From Pelomyxa schiedti (Eukaryota > Protista > Evosea): a DNA stretch of 64,000 nucleotides. The stretch lies in the NCBI GenBank assembly GCA_020536535.1, contig JAHLWZ010000496.1, forward strand, positions 89,474 through 153,473, read 5' to 3'. Numbering within the stretch: the first letter of the stretch is position 1; each line of letters starts with the position of its first letter. This document shows, piece by piece, positions 61,079 to 64,000 of this stretch. The position numbers and the translations under genes were made by a program. The notes under the pieces are model-generated. The model saw only the letters and a program-made list of their open reading frames with translations, made no database searches and was not told where the DNA came from.

Positions 61079-61492
61079 ATGTCAACTAGAAAAACACGCT
61101 CTAAACATGTTTACATTTGTGATTTTGTTTATGAGCAGTTAAAAAAGCTGGCAACAGCAAAAGGAAAGCCTATTACTGAAGTTGTTGAAGCAGCTTGCTG
61201 TAAGGAGCTCCATTTGCAACCACAGAACAATTATTGCCCTGTTACAGCAGATCCTGTAACACAAGCTGTGTTCATACGCTGGTTATCCACTTACATTAGT
61301 GCCAAAAAGCTACCTGAAGTTCTTGCTGCTGCTTATGCATATGTTTTTCTGAACTCTACAATCATTTAACAATAACATCAGTGTTGCATCACTGGTCAAC
61401 CTGTGGATGTGAAAGCCTTACCATCTCGCACTGACATCCCAAGGATTATTGGTGCTTTGAATGAGTTGGATCAACAACACCTTGCTGCAGAG
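61079..61492 (+). CDS. Ribbon-helix-helix-like DNA-binding protein, runs into the assembly gap
   Basis: KHVYICDFVYEQLKKLATAKGKPITEVVEAACCKEL fits the beta-alpha-G-alpha RHH pattern; probable 39-nt intron (~61342-61380... ending CATCAG) continues the frame to CCITGQPVDVKALPSRTDIPRIIGALNELDQQHLAAE. Confidence 0.5.
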
Positions 61493-61592
61493 NNNNNNNN
61501 NNNNNNNNNNNNNNNNNNNNNNNNNNNNNNNNNNNNNNNNNNNNNNNNNNNNNNNNNNNNNNNNNNNNNNNNNNNNNNNNNNNNNNNNNNNN
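61493..61592. other. Scaffold gap (exactly 100 N)
   Basis: Run of 100 N; true size unknown. Confidence 1.
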
Positions 61593-62981
61593 TTAGAAGC
61601 ACACTCGTCAACAAAACTGGAGAAAAGATCCTGTAGAATGCTGAGAAATTGAAGCTGTGCGTTATGTGTACCCTGCAGAAGTGCTTGAAATATGGGAACT
61701 GATCAATGTCAGACACAGCAGCAACTCTTTACAAGGTTATGAAATACATAAGATAAAAGCCAATTAATACCTTTTTTCGGAGCCAGTTGCAGATGGCTTT
61801 CGTTTTCTTGCCGCTAGTATCCGCTCAGCTATTTCGTACAACCTTTTGATTATAAAAACGCCTCTTTCTCCAAGCTGATTTATGAGTGGCACAAAGGAGT
61901 CATGTGTTTTTTGTCGTGCAAGATCACTGGCCTTTTGTTGAGTGAGATTCAGATCTGTTTTACTCTTTCAGAACCCACTTACCACCCAATGATAATTTGG
62001 CAAGTTGTGTGTCTTGGGGATCCCACTAGCACTTGCTACATCATCTCCATTAATATCACTTATGGCAATATGATCCGACACAGTTTTGAATTCTGGCAAC
62101 GTTAAACACCAGTTGGGCACCAGGCAAACAATACCTTCAAGAAGTCGTTCAAACTGTTGGCCACCATACAATTTGTTATGCCGGAAGGGGATATTCCACT
62201 CACTGGCAAATACGGCAGAATCAGTCCATTGTGCAGAACCGTTTGTTTCTCAGAGTGCAAAAGGATTGATTGAGAAGTCTTACCACCACATTCAGCTTTT
62301 TCTTGATCAAGAGTTTGGCCACAAATACCTGGATTCCCTTCAGCTGTTGCCGTCAATAATTTTTCAACAATCTGCACCTCGATTATATTTCTTGAAGAAC
62401 CAAAACTTCAGGGGAACGGAATAGGGATTGCACCTTGAGAATGTCAACAACATAATTTGTAGCAGCTACTCTCAAGTAGTTTGCATCAAGTGCGTCTTGC
62501 TCTCGTTGCAACTGCTCCAGAAGCTTCCCATGTTCTGCCTTCTGTATCCTTGCATGCTTTAGAACACCAGGGATATTTTCCTGGTGTGACTTCCAAAGGT
62601 TTGAAAGAAGTTGCTTAGTAAATGCCGGAACACCAATTGATTTTTGGTATCTAGAAGAAGTTAAAAATTGGATAAATGAAAATTCGAACCTTTTATCATA
62701 CTGCAGCTGCTCCAATAAGAGCATGTCACAACGATTAGCTTGCAGAACGGCTTGCATGAAACTTTCTGGCTCGTGCATAGTGTGCAGTACTGAAGCCGGT
62801 GGCAGGGTGACGAAATATGTTTTAATTTCTTGGGGAATAAGACTAAGGTGCTTATTGACAGCTTTGCTCACTTGGAAGCTCTACAACATTAGCTAAAAGC
62901 CAAAAAAGAAACTACTCAAACCTGGAGTTGAGTGTAAAAACGTGTGTAAACAAATGTAGTTCTAGTCAAGTCTGGATCAGA
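61593..62981 (-). pseudogene. Degenerate partial duplicate of the dynamin-related gene (copy of 43426-44833)
   Basis: Near-identical alignment by eye, introns included; the copy lacks 19 nt net (15-nt, 2-nt and two 1-nt deletions) and has scattered substitutions. Confidence 0.95.
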
Positions 62982-63400
62982 ATCTCAGCATAGACACTTT
63001 TGCGGAATGAGAAGAAGAGGGTGAAACGGATAAAGCATACCGATATGCCATGGCAATGCCATCGCCTGACGCCACATCAGGATTGCTTGTGTATAAATAT
63101 ACCTGATAATGATGTTACCAACAACGCCTGGAAAGTGGTACCATCTCACCTTTCCAGCGCCACCAGTTGCCAGGAATGTGTACTTGGAAAGGACGGTATG
63201 AACTTTATTTGTAAAACGTTCGAGAACATAAGCTCCAACGCATGCATTTTGGCCTGGCCAGCCGAACTTTTCTGTTGATATCAAGTCAACAGCCTATTGC
63301 AAAAAAATGAATTTCTCAGGGGTTGAAAATGATTGTTGCATACAATGTGATTTTGGAGAATCTTCAAGTTCTTTTTGCCTGTGCAGGCTCAATAGACTTC
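62982..63400 (-). pseudogene. nadB: Internal fragment of an intron-containing L-aspartate oxidase (NadB) gene
   Basis: Spliced: KNLKILQNHI-AVDLISTEKFG...[52 protein letters not shown]; the [11 protein letters not shown] motif is NadB-like. Truncated at 62982, decayed upstream. Confidence 0.75.
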
Positions 63401-63559
63401 ATTGGGATCTTGCAGGCTGACACTCCGTCACGTGGTGCATAGTATTTTTCTCCTCGTTGTTCGTGCATGAATAGAGATCCCAAGCTTCAATTAGATGTGC
63501 AGGCCTTTTCATTTGCGCAGATCTAGATCCGCGGAGGTGACGTGACGCGTCGGCAGGCG

Positions 63560-63892
63560 ATGGGGGAGGTAAACAAAAAAAGTGCCATGTATAAGGCCAT
63601 CAAAAAGTACACAAGTGGCGGGGGGCTGGCGAGGAAAGTCAACGGAGCGGTATTTGATATAGCAAAAACTCACAGTGCCAAAATTCGTCGCGACGGCAGT
63701 GAGGCCAACAAGGCGACAGAGATCGCCCAGGGACTGACTGAGAAGGAGCGGAGTTACTTTGACGTGTTCGTAGGCGACGACACTTGGATCCCATCAAACG
63801 CGTACGCCAGTGTGCCTATGGCGGGCCAGTTCATTCTGGCGTTCAAAAACCACAACTTTGAAAAAAAAAACAAACCACCTGTGCCGAGGTAG
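63560..63892 (+). CDS. Hypothetical protein (MGEVNKKSAMYKAIKKYTSGG...)
   Basis: ~110-codon GC-moderate ORF with plausible composition; no family recognised. Confidence 0.35.
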   Translation: MGEVNKKSAMYKAIKKYTSGGGLARKVNGAVFDIAKTHSAKIRRDGSEANKATEIAQGLTEKERSYFDVFVGDDTWIPSNAYASVPMAGQFILAFKNHNFEKKNKPPVPR

Positions 63893-64000
63893 ATTGGGTT
63901 GGGATAGTGACCACCACACTGTGAGGTGTGCTGGGGTGTCGATGGTTGTTGTTTTACTTGTGTAGTAAGGGAGAAAGAAGCCCGAATACAAACACAAGAG

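Noticed and set aside
62985-63284. Succinate dehydrogenase/fumarate reductase flavoprotein assignment
   Set aside because: [18 protein letters not shown] matches NadB ([17 protein letters not shown]) better than SdhA/FrdA (TN....TGDG..MA).

Overview
Eukaryotic nuclear DNA, gene-dense, with many very short GT-AG introns (mostly ~35-55 nt), so the ORF track is fragmented and gene models below were rebuilt by hand; exon boundaries are approximate where stated. Gene content (intron-containing epsilonproteobacterial-type NifS, Bacteroidetes/Entamoeba-type phosphoglycerate dehydrogenase, BBS1, Dlp-type dynamin) suggests an anaerobic flagellated amoebozoan (Archamoebae, Pelomyxa-like); this is inference. 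Recognisable genes: SRA/YDG protein, alpha/beta hydrolase fusion, 5'-nucleotidase, NifS, synapsin-like ATP-grasp protein, transglutaminase, an adenylate kinase-RING-vWA-Hint(Vint) fusion, TRRAP/Tra1 (14.5 kb), BBS1, a PGDH pseudogene, a dynamin-related protein, a divergent actin, eIF5A, a Ubl-vWA-E2 protein, cytosolic HSP70 and a GH63-type glycosidase. No rRNA, tRNA or CRISPR was found. Best leads: (1) the four-domain AK-RING-vWA-Vint autoprocessing protein; (2) a right-end module that interrupts a host gene, carries repeated GTGTGCACAC palindromes and a ribbon-helix-helix-like gene, and lies next to fused host gene fragments (dynamin copy + nadB), although a 100-N scaffold gap separates the two halves; (3) strong CpG depletion of gene bodies with CpG-rich islands near gene ends plus a 5mC-reader SRA gene; (4) an 84-nt hairpin in a long HSP70 intron; (5) a perfect 76-bp fold-back palindrome.
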